DNA from: Perkinsus chesapeaki ATCC PRA-425
Lineage: Eukaryota > Protista > Perkinsozoa
Length of the DNA stretch: 64,000 nt
Direction: 5' to 3'
Assembly: GCA_013115145.1 (NCBI GenBank)
Contig: JAAPAO010000130.1
Span: forward strand, 2,914-66,913
Made by a program: the position numbers and the translations under genes. The notes beneath the pieces are model-generated. The model ran no database searches, was not told where the DNA came from, and saw only the letters and a program-made list of their open reading frames with translations. Numbering within the stretch: position 1 is the first letter of the stretch; the number at the start of each line of letters is the position of its first letter. Below, one piece after another: positions 1-12,442 of this stretch.

Positions 1-251
1 GCGAGGGCGATTTCCGCTAGGAATGCATTAATCATTATACCACCCAACTCTATTAGGCCAGACTTCCTCCTGCCTTCGAGCTGCATATTGACGTTCGTAT
101 CTCCCAAAATAAGGAGGCAGATAGGTAGATGATTGCTTGGCGCAAGCTTAAACCTAGTAGGATCCAATTTCTCGAGGTTCTTTCTCATATTTTCCTGGAA
201 CTCAACTAGCTTTTTCTCATCCGTAGGAGCCCTAAGATTGAAGACATACAC
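1..251 (-). CDS. Exon of an endonuclease/exonuclease/phosphatase (EEP)-fold protein, running off the window edge
   Basis: After an AG acceptor at 252-253 the frame is open to base 1: VYVFNLRAPTDEKKLVEFQENMRKNLEKLDPTRF...CLLILGDTNVNMQ. The VxxxxAP strand, a helix, then the hydrophobic-GDxN motif are typical of EEP/APE domains. Confidence 0.5.
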   Translation of the reverse strand, partial: MYVFNLRAPTDEKKLVEFQENMRKNLEKLDPTRFKLAPSNHLPICLLILGDTNVNMQLEGRRKSGLIELGGIMINAFLAEIAL

Positions 252-277
252 CTGCCATCGTCAGAAGTCAACCTGCT

Positions 278-352
278 CTGAAAATGCGAAGCGATTGCGT
301 GCTTTAATTTCTCAACCAGTTGTTATCATCTACAATTATACTGCATATTAGT
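278..352. repeat. Copy 1 of a diverged ~75 bp direct repeat
   Basis: ctgaaaatgcgaagcgattgcgtgctttaatttctcaaccagttgttatcatctacaattata aligns with 1771-1846, including the identical core tttctcaaccagttgttat. Confidence 0.8.
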
Positions 353-405
353 CGCGGTGGAAAAGAAGGCATTGGGCTAGGCTAATGCCCGTAGACCGTA
401 TTTCA

Positions 406-1388
406 TCACCTTTCTCCATCCTTGCTAAACTCCACATTAATTTTAAGGTCATATTTGTCGCCGACAATCGTCAACTCAGTCGCCCTCTGTAGTCTAATTG
501 TTCCTTTCGCTTTTCTTTCTTTTTGAGGCGTAAAGGTACAGTGAAGTCTGCGGTTAACCTCGTCCGACTTTTGGATTAACCGCCAGACCTGATACAGTAT
601 ACCAATAATATCATTACCACTGTCAGATTCAGATGCCCTACACCGGTACTGTATAGCGATGTTTCCGGCTCTGGTTTTTTGCCGTCGTAGAATTTGTAGA
701 TATAGTGACATAAATCTCGATTTAGGTTCCTAAACCGGCCCGTAGTATCCGGCAGCGTCATGCTCCAGTGTCTTCTGCCCCCTTCGTTTGTCGGATGAAC
801 CCTGTTGAAAGCGTCCAAATTTGGAAGCAAGTCAGATATGTGATTAAAAGCAGAATTGCAGACACCATCTCCGTCGTCGATGAGGTTAACATTCTGTATG
901 ATATGTTGACGAACATGGAATAAACCATCCTCATGTGAATCCGAGCTGAAAATGAATACTGTCTCATTCCTCACGGTTAGCCAAACTCAAAGTAAGAAAT
1001 TAACGATCATTACTGGAATTATCATCACCCTATAGGGAGAACATTCCTTACCTCAATATCTCTGGTACATACTCCGCTGCCAAATGTTGGCCACCCTTCA
1101 CTTTTGGGCAGACTAACTTATCGATTATTATTTTATTATCGTTGTTGACATGCATGAAGATCGCCATGCTATCATCTACCCTCAGTTCACATTGTCTCAT
1201 CTTATCGAATCTCGAGCTTTCAATTATTTGGGCATCCTACAAATTCGTTATTCTCCGGGAATTGCATCTTATGTTGTGCTTACGTCACGTGGTTGGGGTT
1301 TCATGGATTGGCGGTTAGCAGCTCCAAAAGCCCTTCCCTCGGCTGAGGGGAGACTCAATGGCAGCAGCACGAGAGTGAGGTAGCGCAT
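406..1388 (-). CDS. Multi-exon secreted protein of unknown function; may be the 5' part of the EEP gene at 1-251
   Basis: ATG at 1388 gives MRYLTLVLLPLSLPSAEG (signal-peptide-like) followed by a GTAAGC donor. Further exons read DAQIIESSRFDKMRQ..., LVCPKVKGGQ..., SDSHEDGLFHVRQ... (ORF 576-974) and DIIGILYQ... (ORF 406-711). The 3' end is not resolved. Confidence 0.45.
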
Positions 1389-1770
1389 TTGGTGGCAAAA
1401 ATCTCCAAAAACTACATTTTACCGAGTTTGGCCTACTGTTGGATCGATCTTCAATGAGGGTGTCACCCACGACACCTAAAGGTAACTTACCTTATCAGGC
1501 ATCATTAATGCTGATTGGCGCGTTACAGAGAATAATAGTACATCATAATAACTTATCTTTCCAAACTCGAGCGGATATTTGCGCACGCCACTAATTTCAA
1601 TTGGGTGGGTAAAGCGTCTCTCCGGTGGATAGCTGCCAAGTCGCTAGTGTCCATATACTTGTGTGATTACCCAACGCCAAGTCAACAGTTTCAAGGAAAC
1701 CACTCGGTAGGAACCTTCCGAGTGAGCGAATGCTCCTTTCAGGCCCTTCCTGATGATATCGTTCTCGGCG

Positions 1771-1846
1771 CTGAAAGTGTGTACCAATTGCGTGCTTAGT
1801 TTCTCAACCAGTTGTTATTCTTTACAATTATATATCAGTATTTAGT
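1771..1846. repeat. Copy 2 of the diverged ~75 bp direct repeat
   Basis: ctgaaagtgtgtaccaattgcgtgcttagtttctcaaccagttgttattctttacaattata aligns with 278-352. Confidence 0.8.
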
Positions 1847-1876
1847 TCAGTATTCAGTGAGTGGTTGGTGGGCCAG

Positions 1877-4833
1877 ATGGCGATATTAGTCCTTATTACT
1901 TCCTTCAGCAACAGGCAGGCAAGACAATCTGCTCACCTCAATCCAACGAGGTCCGCTGGAATTCAAAAGTGTATCATTCGACCACAGCAATTAAAGTTTA
2001 CCGAACTCTCCACAATTTACTGATATCTGCCTTTGTCACTATTAGTGACTCACTAATCCGTTTAGTTCTAAATGATGCGAAGATATGTCCATGCCCTCGG
2101 TCGCTCGTATTTCCATACAGTGGCTCAAGCAACTGTCCCGACATTATCCACTCGGTCTCTTGCAGTATCAATGAAGATAGTTGAAGATGCTGTAAAGGAT
2201 GGGTCGGTTGCCTTAACTATGCTGGTTAAAGGAAATGAGGAATTGGTAATCTGGGGGAGCGCGGATGGTCTAATCTTGACAGCATTACGATACGGGATTA
2301 AGAAATATTGTTATTCAATCCGATACCTTCAATGGATGGGAAAAATGTAAATGACTGGGTATAGGAAGTACAGCAACACGCGGAATTTTAGGCAGATAGA
2401 GAATTGTGGTTTACTATTTAGATCGGAGAGCTGGAGAAGCCGGTGGTGGTTAGGATAGTCGATGAGGTTAGAAGTATGTGTGAAGCCGGCACAATACCAG
2501 CGCAGCAGTTGTCGGATATTTTTGGTGTATTGGCAAGAGAAAGGTAGTATTCGATTGGCTTGTACGCACAGAGGCATAGAGAGACGTCGAAGGTTCCCGA
2601 TGATGAAAATGCTATTGATGTTCTTCGTGCTATAGGAGCAGGTGCTGTGTCAATTCTGCAAGTATTCTCTCACTGCGGGTGAATTCCGACCTCATGAAAG
2701 AAGTGCTTTCATAAGCAAGAATGTTTTCCTGTTTGGGAGCCAAGGGGAAATTCTGATAAAATTATGCCACCTATCTTCTTTCTATTATTCCTTAGCCCAA
2801 TGAAGTTCACTGTGAAGAGTTCAATAATGATATCTCGGAGGATTAGTCTGGCAACTAAGTCATAATATGACAGGAATGACAATTACGCATGCGCAAATTG
2901 TTAATGCGGCATTAATAGTGCCTGGCTACCGCAACAAGTTCTCTTTTGGAAATAGTTAGCATTCTGCTTTATACTTGGAACTGGAACATCTGCTTTCTGG
3001 CTACTTAGGCGAGAGTGCCTTCGGGTCTCTGAAGAGATGCTGGAAGACATATCATCTAGATTGATGGACTTAACCGACGAAGGACTGCGAGACATCTTTG
3101 CGGCTATGGTCTACGCCGGGGTAGTGCCTAGGGCGATTAGGAGACTAAACTGTAGTGTCCGGAATGGTATATAGTAGGCCACATGCCACTATTAGTGGTC
3201 ACTAGTATAGTAGTGGTATAGTTAGTATTACTAGCTCACACATACAACCAGTTACCGCACTCTAGGGCATCAGCGAGGAGTTCTTGAAACTTTATAATGT
3301 ACCAAGACATGCACCGCATGGCAAACTTGAGATCTCTGAGCAGTTCGGTGCAGTTAGAGTAGAACTGATACACTTGAATGGCTTGCAGTGGCATTATTCC
3401 AACCTGCTCTGTCGCTTTCAGCAGGATAACTCATAAACCCTCCGGAGGCATGGGCCATGCCGCATGGCAATATGCAGTGACTTGACAATCGGGAAGTGGT
3501 TCCGACTTAGGCACTTAGTGGTCACAGTAGACGGTATTATCGTGATGTGTTTCTACAAGAGGCTACAAAACGATTAAGCCAGATGGACTTGCATTGCCAA
3601 ATTCAAATTGCTCGACTCGCTGGTAAGCTACTATGAGGCCGCTAGACGCTAGATGTAATATGTCTTTTAGCATCCTTGGTTGGCCGAATGAAGAAGGAAC
3701 CGTCAGAAGGTAACGCAGCATGTGCGCTAGCGGGAAGAGTTAGCGCTACCTTTTTTGAAGAAGCAGGGCAAGGTCGGAGGTTCGCGGGGCTCAGTCCCAC
3801 CATCTTGGTAATAGGCCTCGTTAAAGTTTAACCGTTGAACGTAGGTGCGAAGAAAGTTGTTTTTTAACCTCTAAGTTGTATTTCATCTAACTACCTTCAT
3901 TTGAAGTAAAATCTACTTATTAACGGCGATTAGCCGTCGGCGAACGTAGTTTTTGTGCTACAGAATTCTCTGATGATACAGACTTCGGTGTCACCGCTTC
4001 CTGCTCCGCACTAGAACAGCTAACTTTGTCTGTTGAACACACTCGGCAGAAACAGACTCTGGACAGATTCTGGACGAAAATTTTGTCACGAAACTACGCA
4101 CCACTGGTACGGCATCAGTGGCACGCTGAGGCGGCGTTTCACTGGACTGGACTGCGCCTTCTAGGCTCCTGTGTATAGCAGTGGATTCCTTACTGCGAGC
4201 TGGGGCCCCTCTGACGTCTCTACGGCTGTGATCTCTCGCTCTACCGATAGACTCGGAGGATGCTCCGTACTAAGTGACGGAGCGTCATGTCACAGTGGAA
4301 GTGTTCTGACTCAGAACTGAGTACTACTAAGTTCTGAGTTGATACTCAGAACTTCTGATTATCTACTCAGTAGATTCTACTGCCGGCATATCGTTAATGA
4401 TGATGGTATGAGCTACACTCAAAAAGGTTACTGCACATTGAAACTATAAAGAAGCTCTCTAAGAGAACACTAAGGCTTTGACAATCTGCAATGCTATCGA
4501 CTTTACCTCGAGGAGCAGGGGCTTGTTTTCCGACAACATCCACTCTTGGACACAGAGTTTGGGTCCCTTGATGGTACAACTTGTATTGCTTTCGTGTCAA
4601 TGGCCATGTTTTGTACAACTGCCAGTTGCCAACTGGGGAGGGGGGACATCAAGTTCATCCACTGTTGGGCGCACCGTGCACAGCTTATTACCCGATCAGT
4701 GGCAAATAGGCATGTTATATCCATTAGAACATGGGATGGCTTATCGTTTGTCCTTCATGTACTGACGGATTCGCAAGAGGGATGGTACCTTCGGATACCC
4801 TCTTCGAGCTCCGTAAGGGTACTCGTCGCATGA
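1877..4833 (+). CDS. Probable multi-exon gene(s), helical protein, possibly with a degenerate C-terminal RAP-like domain
   Basis: Coding-like segments bounded by GT/AG: IGELEKPVVVRIVDEVRSMCEAG..., RVSEEMLEDISSRLMDLTDEGLRDIFAAMVYAG, RYYRDVFLQEATKRLSQMD, RLYLEEQGLVFRQHPLLDTEFGSLD...RHVISIRTWD. Exon joins were not fully resolved. Confidence 0.3.
4261..4375. repeat. Cluster of four short palindromes/inverted repeats
   Basis: gctccgt..acggagc (7 bp), gttctga-c-tcagaac (7 bp), aagttctgagt-tgat-actcagaactt (11 bp, 4329-4354), atctact-c-agtagat (7 bp, 4361-4375). Confidence 0.8.
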
Positions 4834-5202
4834 CCATCGTGTTCATGCAAGCCTGCAAGCCCTTGCTAGCTTTGAGTATGCTCATCGGCGTTGAACAGAC
4901 TTGCTTCTGAACATGTTCTCGACCCTCTGCGTCGTTGAAAACGACTTAGGTTACTGTGGGTTGCATGAGACGACCTCGGGAAAGAGGACAGTGTATGTTG
5001 GGATCTCGCTCGCCAGTGTGTAATACCGTTTCAATGTGTAACGGTATTTATGTATCATAAGTGAATCTTGGAACAGTTTAGGAACTATATCGGTTCGATA
5101 TCTGTCTATCTGAGTGTATCTGACTATCTGAGTACGTTTTAGATCTGAGTATTATCTGCGAGTAATTGAATCTAAACGTTCCATTTGTAGCGCTGAAGCG
5201 TA

Positions 5203-8200
5203 GTGATGGTCAATTTGAGTCAATTTGAGTTGCAAATTGTGGGAAATTTGCGGTTCTGTAGTCTATTCAGTAAAATTTTCGAACTCTCTTTGGAATTAGA
5301 GGATGACACTGCCCAATGGGATTGGAAAAAGGAGAATTTGGTGTTTCTCGATACTCTCCAAAGCGAGAAATCATTGCCCCTCTCGACAACCATAGAGCTT
5401 GTAATTCAATGCCGCGGAAAGTTTCCTTTTGCCACTTTTATGCACGGCATATTGTTGTGTGAATGACCTTCCCAGATCACTCAGAGTTGCACGATGCAAC
5501 TTGCATCAGGTAGGAATGTCTTCGTTCAGGTCCACGGTTGTCTGCTAGCTTCCTCATCCGCGGCTTCATGTGTCACACCGTTGACTATCGAGACCAGGGG
5601 GAGAATGTTCCGAATGTTGAGAAGAGCGGTGAACCAAACTGAAGAGACGGACGATCTGGGTAAGATTACGACCCTCTGTGCTTTGGGGTTCATTCTAGTG
5701 TCCCGGAGGAATTCTGGATATTCCGATATACTTTACACCTCTTACGAATGTTGTCCGTTACGTGCAACACGTAATCATTTGCAGAGCTTCGTTGATACAG
5801 TAAACTCATTACTTGACAGGATCAAGTCGTAGAAGTTTAACTACAGGTCTGCCTGCGCCGATTCTTTTCTCGTTCATTGAAAAATTTCGGATCGAAATTA
5901 AAGTCGGTCTCTTCGTGGCAAAAGAACATAGCAGACCATTTTTCAGACAGAGAGATGGAGACCGGCGAAGCTAACGCTGTTGTGAGGGCGAGGCGTGATG
6001 AGGCGGCTTCCATCAGTGAGCTCAAGTTAGTTCCCGAGATACTCAAGCGTATCGGTAATTTTACGAATAGTAATCAAATCTGAAGAGTGTCAAATTTTAG
6101 ATCACAAAGGCATCGAGAACCCTGCCAGCGAGCCTTGCAGTAAGACTTATTATCAATCATTGCACTTGCTCCTAGAGCGAGATTTGAAGCACGGCAGGGC
6201 CTCAGCTAGTGACCTACTCTTGTGGTGCCAAAAATCGCATGAGCTCTGGTTTGAGGAAACGTATGATAAGAAACTGGGTAGGTCGCTATTTGCATTGAAG
6301 CCTTGTATCGGGCAAGGTGTCCGGAGATTGCTCTTCTACGGTCTCAAGCTTTTACTCTGTCGCTCCCAAAGATCGGCTTACTGAAGGTTCATAAACTTTT
6401 GATAGAGATGATATCATAATCTAGCATATTTAAAGATATGTTTTAGGATCCTATAGGCATTAACTTGTCGGGATTGACAACATCTATGCATTGTATCGAG
6501 AGAAATACGGATTATACAACTTTTTCTCGCTTCCTGCCGAATACACTTCATCATTCGTGAAAACTACGTAGCATCGGTGCCAAATGGCAACCTCGTTCCT
6601 CAATACGTTCTCGTTGATTTCAGCTACTGGAATGTATGCATGTTATCGCCTCAGGCGACTCGCCTGCATACGGAAGTGCAACGTGAATTAATAAACAGAT
6701 GTTATAATTATTTCAGGGTCCATGGCGTTATTGTCCGGTCTACAAATAACGCTCGAAGCGGTGAAGTCGCTAATAGGCCAAATGCATCCCAGGTAGCCCC
6801 TCGAGGCTCGTTTCGCATATGCGATCTTCTCAGGTCGTTCATAAACCTAGCCAGTGCGTTGGTGTCCCTCGAATCTAAGTTGAATACAGCTGGGAGGTCT
6901 GATCGACGTGCGAAAGATGACACGGTTGAAACTAACGATGGGGAGTAAGCCCTAGATCTACCCCTGATACGTTATCTGAAGGATCGAACAATCCGATTCG
7001 AACGTCTGACCCTTCCTCGAGAAATTGTCACAACTGGGTCGATCTCATTGAAATGAACTTACGGCAATTAAGAAATCCTAGAATTCAGCAGTGATTTGAA
7101 AGAGATTCCCGTTCTGATTCTTTTCAAATGCTTTGCGAGCGGCTATACTTATCAAATACAAAACTCTTTGGGGAAACACTCCGTAGATAACGCGCTCATC
7201 GTTCGTCGAGTCGCCTCGGTATTTTTCATCCATGAACTCATCTTTCTCTGCCAGTTACATATATGTGCCTTTGAAGATTTGCGACACCCTTCAGCTCATG
7301 CTCGACTTTGTCGAGGATACTATCCTTGAGGGAGACCCATCGGTAGGCTCACTGCCGGAGACTCCAGGCTGGAGTGTGTTAAGACTTGACGTTGTGTTAC
7401 AGAATTGATGTTTATCAACTTAACTGTTAAGCCGACTATAGCTGTTGTGTGTCTGCTCCATGGAGCCGACTATTCAAATCCAATACCCGAGTACGGCACG
7501 CAAGTGTTTCAGAAACTTAGATCTATCCTGATATGGTCTCCATGACGCAATAGTGCCAGTACAAGTAGGCAAGTAGACAGTTATGTTGATACAGCTCAGT
7601 ATCACGCCCTTTGTAGGCTATGGGAGAGCTTTACATTCTTATAGCAACTATTGAATGAATATTGTATAATTCAATTATAACTCTTGTAAAAGTGATAAAC
7701 TTTATAGATGGTGCTTCCGTACGTTATTGCGTATTCTTTCTCTTTATTAGCCGAACAGAATCGGTATGTACTCAGGTCGGTTGCCTTTCTACTGCCACGG
7801 AGTTCATGTACACTATCATCCCAGTTCTTCATAAGATATCTTTGAAAGACTCAAGGTATCCTAGCTTGAAGCGCGCGTTTCAATTATACTTTTTTTAAGA
7901 TACACTTCATGCGTGGAAAGATACCTCCGACCTCAGCTTACCACAATTCATCGAGATCTCAACAGCAACGCTTGGGGGACGGAGACTACTATCTTGGACG
8001 GGCGGGAATCTCGTCACCTGGTGAGTCGGCTTGGCCCACTGGGCTGGGGTAAAAATCTTACCGTAACACCGACTGATCGCATTATATGTCCCGAGCTTGG
8101 ATTCGGAAATCGTACTGGGCTTTATTTATTTTCCATAGCTTACTGCTCAGTTGAATAGGATTCTGGAACTCGGCCACGGCGGCTTAGCCGCCTAAAGAAA

Positions 8201-8812
8201 TAATTCTGAGCTCGAATATCGGTTAATTGCTCCACACGCCTATCGATGTTCTCCCTAATCTTGTCGAACTCTTACATACGGGTGAGAGCACTTTACTTCA
8301 GTCTGTGCTTCGCTCACTGCGGTGTGCCGGTATAGTATCATCATATGCTACAGCACTAAAGAAAAAGAAACAGCGTTGGCAGAACGAAAAAGGCAATGAG
8401 CACTTGGCTGAGGAGGAGAAGGACACCTTGGAGATGCTGAAGCGTCACGACGCTCTGGTACGCTTCGGATTGACGCGCCTCTGATACGCTTTTGGTCTAG
8501 TTGCTGTCGTTGAATCGGCGAATACGGTCCACGGCGAGAGTTGAAGACTTTGACGATTTTACCCTCAGGGAAGCGGCGAATAACATCAGGCTGATGCACG
8601 CAAGTAAGGTATTCGACACACAGTTACCTATTATCCTCGGTATACTTGGATGGAAAACAATGAACTGGTACACTTTAATAGAGCTTCCGCCTCCAATTAG
8701 CTTCTCACGAACAATCAGCGTACAACGCGAAAAGGGATTCAAAGCCGCTCTAGCACACAAAGAGAAATCTCCTCTGTATGCATGCTCTTCGGAAAAGCCT
8801 TTTCCGGTCTGA
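5203..8812 (+). CDS. Large multi-exon gene containing an XPG/FEN1/EXO1-type H3TH motif (putative 5' nuclease family)
   Basis: The exon at ~7403-7530 reads IAVVCLLHGADYSNPIPEYGTQVFQKL, matching the LLGxDYxxxIPxxG signature. Many other short coding-like exons with GT donors are present; boundaries are approximate. Confidence 0.4.
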
Positions 8813-8989
8813 TCACCAGACTCTGTTGCTTTAGGAAACTTTGAGGCTCTGGAGTCAAGAAGGATTGTGCTCAGATACCTCGTCCGCCGTCAGCTCTTAC
8901 TGCGAGCTCATCCTAGCTCGGCTGCAGCAACCGGGCCTGCCACGACCACATGTGAATACTTTAGTGTAAGGAATGCGACACTGGCAATG

Positions 8990-10264
8990 TATAGCTATTA
9001 GGACAGGCACATCATAAAGGAGACCCATTCTGTGATAGTGTCAAAAGGAGTTAGCGCCGAGATGGCTAAAATGCTGGTGAGTTGTGCATGCCTCGTTTGT
9101 TAGTACCCCTTTCATTCCGGAGCTTCACGCACTAATAATACTGCGATATGAACCTCAGCCGTTTGAATGATTCACCTGAATCTTGCACTATCTCGGTTTA
9201 CGGGCTGCGAAGTCGTAACACAATGATTGTGGATTGAACAATAGTAACTTTGTCATAGTTAACGAGATAGGACAGTTAAGAGAGTGAATAATGTGTAGAA
9301 TATCACAAGCAATCGAATCTAGTAATACGATGGTACGACAATTGTGTGATAGACAGGAATTTTGTAGGTCGTATAATTTAGTGCAATCGTTAATCCAGTA
9401 AAATTCACTGAAGCATGTTCCTCAATATTTGAGCTGAGCTGTATAAACTGCCCTTGTACTCTTCCAAAGAGTCTCTTGAGAATATGGACATACTGTATGG
9501 TTCTCTCCAGGTCCAGTGCGTTCTGCTCTGTCTCTCGTCGAACGCTCCCAACTCGCTGAGTCGAGACTGCCGTGCGAGGCTTGTGGAAGTGTGTTCGACT
9601 TTACTTGACGAGTTGCCTTATGGCTCTCCACTGCGATCTCAGGTGATCTTCCAGTCTGAAAGTTTGTATTCCGGAACTAACGATGATTTGTCAGGTTGTT
9701 GCCTCCCTAACGCAGTTGGCCAAGGTCATGACCTACAAGGAGGGGACCTTTGTGGGAGCTAAGTAAGTTTGTGGGCAACCAAATCATGATACGCGAAGTT
9801 AAGGCGCTCTCCGTGACTGCAGCGGTGAAGCTTTCCTGGTATAAAAGTTATTCCCCGCCTTGGCTGAGCAATAGTACTGGGACGAAGCTAACTGGTTTCT
9901 TCGGCATGCTTCTGTACGTTCTGTTCACCGCTTAGATATATAACGCACAGCCTCATGAGCGCCCTCCCAAGCGACGAGTCTGTGGAAGCTGCCCGGCGAG
10001 GAATGATGCGAGAAGACCCCCCGAAACATCGCTGACAGCACCAAACCTTCACCCACGTTTCTGATGGAAAATTCATGTTTCTGCATAACCCAATCACCGT
10101 GTTGTCAATTCACAGGACCTCCCATTGCATGGAAGGCTCATGGTTCAGGCTCGGACACCAATAGGCGACCAAGGGCTTCACTTTCAAAACATTTACCTTC
10201 TACACGAGTGTGCCTCGCAATGACATTCGGACTGTTTCTCCGCCAAATCAGCTTAGTTAACTAA
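8990..10264 (+). CDS. Multi-exon coding region of unknown function (continuation of the 5203-8812 gene or a separate gene)
   Basis: Exon-like segments RHIIKETHSVIVSKGVSAEMAKML|gtgag, AELYKLPLYSSKESLENMDILYGSL, SLSRDCRARLVEVCSTLLDELPYGSPLRSQ|gtgatc, VVASLTQLAKVMTYKEGTFVGA|gtaag. Confidence 0.35.
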
Positions 10265-10501
10265 GTGAGCAGGCGTTGTAGCGAAAGTGCTTTGAAAGCA
10301 CTTAAGACTAACGAGTGAGAAAGCACTGCCTTCTTAGTCTGTTAGGATTGCCGTCGCGCATCCCAATCATATGCTGATCGGCTAGGCCTTAGCCCACTGA
10401 AACCTTAGGTGTGAATCATCGCCTCTCTTCAACACCACTATCCTAGGTGTACGACGGTACGTCCAGCCGGTCCTGGGTAGCTGCTATGCCTGCAGGCCCA
10501 G

Positions 10502-10548
10502 AGACAAGCGGCAGACACCCCAGAGTCTGGGGTGTCTGTCGCTTGTCT
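10502..10548. repeat. 23-bp near-perfect palindrome (hairpin)
   Basis: agacaagcggcagacaccccaga-g-tctggggtgtctgtcgcttgtct; 22 of 23 pairs are Watson-Crick and one is G-T. Confidence 0.95.
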
Positions 10549-10555
10549 GACTTAC

Positions 10556-11462
10556 TCAGATTGGAGCTTGATCTCGGTTTGGGTCGTTCCTATTTTGGAG
10601 AGCAACTTCGAGGAAAAACTTTCTGAATCAGGAATCCTGATACTACTTTTGTGTTTGACTCGATCAATTTGACTTGCCAACATCATCTTGCTCGAAACTA
10701 ACGTCACCGATACTCTGGCTATCATCATTCACATCATAGCAAAGTCCTCATAGTCAACCTCTTGACAGCGATATCACCCCCCGCTTCTCCCGTGGCCCCA
10801 TCAAGTCTTGCTTGTACCGTCATAAAGCCGCTACCTAGGTTAACAGATGTGGTATTACCACTCCGTTCTCATCAGACTGGACCACTGCCAGTGGTGGTTC
10901 ACCACAAAAGTCGAATAGAGTCTACTCAGTAGACTCCTTTCATAATGTATTGAAAGTTACCCAGCTTCTTACATGGTCGTACCTTGCGAAGCACAGCCTC
11001 ATACGTTTTGGCACCGGGTACCCCTCTCCTGCCCTCAGATTGTAGCCACACAGCTCTCCTGATATGTCGCACGTGCATGGAATGCCCATGGAATCACGTC
11101 TACTGACAGAACAGTTCTGTAAACCCTAGCCACAACTCATCCCTTGTTAAGCATCAGTCATGGCACAATAACCTATCCTAGATAGTCATTGCTCCATCTC
11201 ATTCACTTGCTAACATCCTGGCCCAGGAATCCTGGGTAATATTCACAAGACCATATCATATTATCACAGTTTGGATTGTCAACATATAATGCAGAACTGG
11301 TGGTCGCTTTGATTGATAACGATTCAGCGGTTGAATTTCAACCCTATCGGGCGCTGTTGCTGAAATGCATGGATGATCATCGACGAATGTACATGCACAC
11401 TGAGAGAATCTCTCCACATTAGCGTCGCTGGCCAATGTCTTTACCAAAACCATAGCTGGCAA
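10556..11462 (-). CDS. Possible multi-exon hypothetical gene
   Basis: Terminal segment DSESFSSKLLSKIGTTQTEIKLQSE*, internal exon-like segments with GT donors, and ORF 11256-11462. No domain recognised. Confidence 0.25.
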
Positions 11463-12442
11463 CTACTTTCATCATTATCAGTCATCATGACTGAGGATTT
11501 TCCCGTGCGGATTTCCGTAAGTTTTGTGCGAGAAAATCAATGTCTATAGTTTTCCTGCGTGTCCTGTTTTGGCGGTTGCTGGCGATAATCCTTTTAAATT
11601 AGTCGCGACTCGCGAGTCATGGTCCGTCGAACCACGGACTGAGACACTGTTGAGTTCGCCCCGGTGCTTGAAAACCATTGGCAATATGCCGATGTACCGT
11701 CAAGAGTCAAGAAGAGAAGGTCAAGAAGGCTCCTGGAGCCCTGCTCCATGGACAATATAAAACGTACGGGGCCACCGGACCTTCCACGCAAACCAGTGAG
11801 AACCGCGTTGAGCAGTGCTGAGTGCAGCAGCATTTACGTATGCTACTGCTTGCCTCAATCGTTTGTGCAACAGTGTCCATGAGTTACATGATTCATGCGT
11901 TACCAACAACCAGTAAGTTATTGTCAATAACAACACTTCCGCCGCGAAAGCTCAGCGATTGTTGCACGGCGCAATTTATTCTCAATGTTGACGCTTGGAA
12001 TCAGATGCTATTCTGTTACTAATTTTTTTGCGATGAGACACACTGCTTGAGAACACCCCTCGGCAAGACCGTTGTTTTGGCAGACTGAGCACAATGTGGC
12101 AGCCAATGGTTGTCGTGATGATTCGCAACCTTTCAATCGGTGACCTAATGCGGTGCTTGATACGAGTTCCGGAGTCACGCAACATAGCCCAACAGATACG
12201 TAGGTGCTCTCAGAGGAAGCCCGAAAACCGTTAATGAAGACTATCGTTACTGAACATCCATTGTATATGTATAACCGGTAGTTCGGTAAAGTGAAATACA
12301 CCAAACAGGGCTCTCTCTAAATCGCACGCATACACAACTGTGACAAGTATTCCGTCGCAGGTTCCACCGCGTCACATGAAGCCGTGATCACATGCTTGCG
12401 AACCTTCAGCGAATTAGTTTGACCAGGGAACGACTTGAGGAC

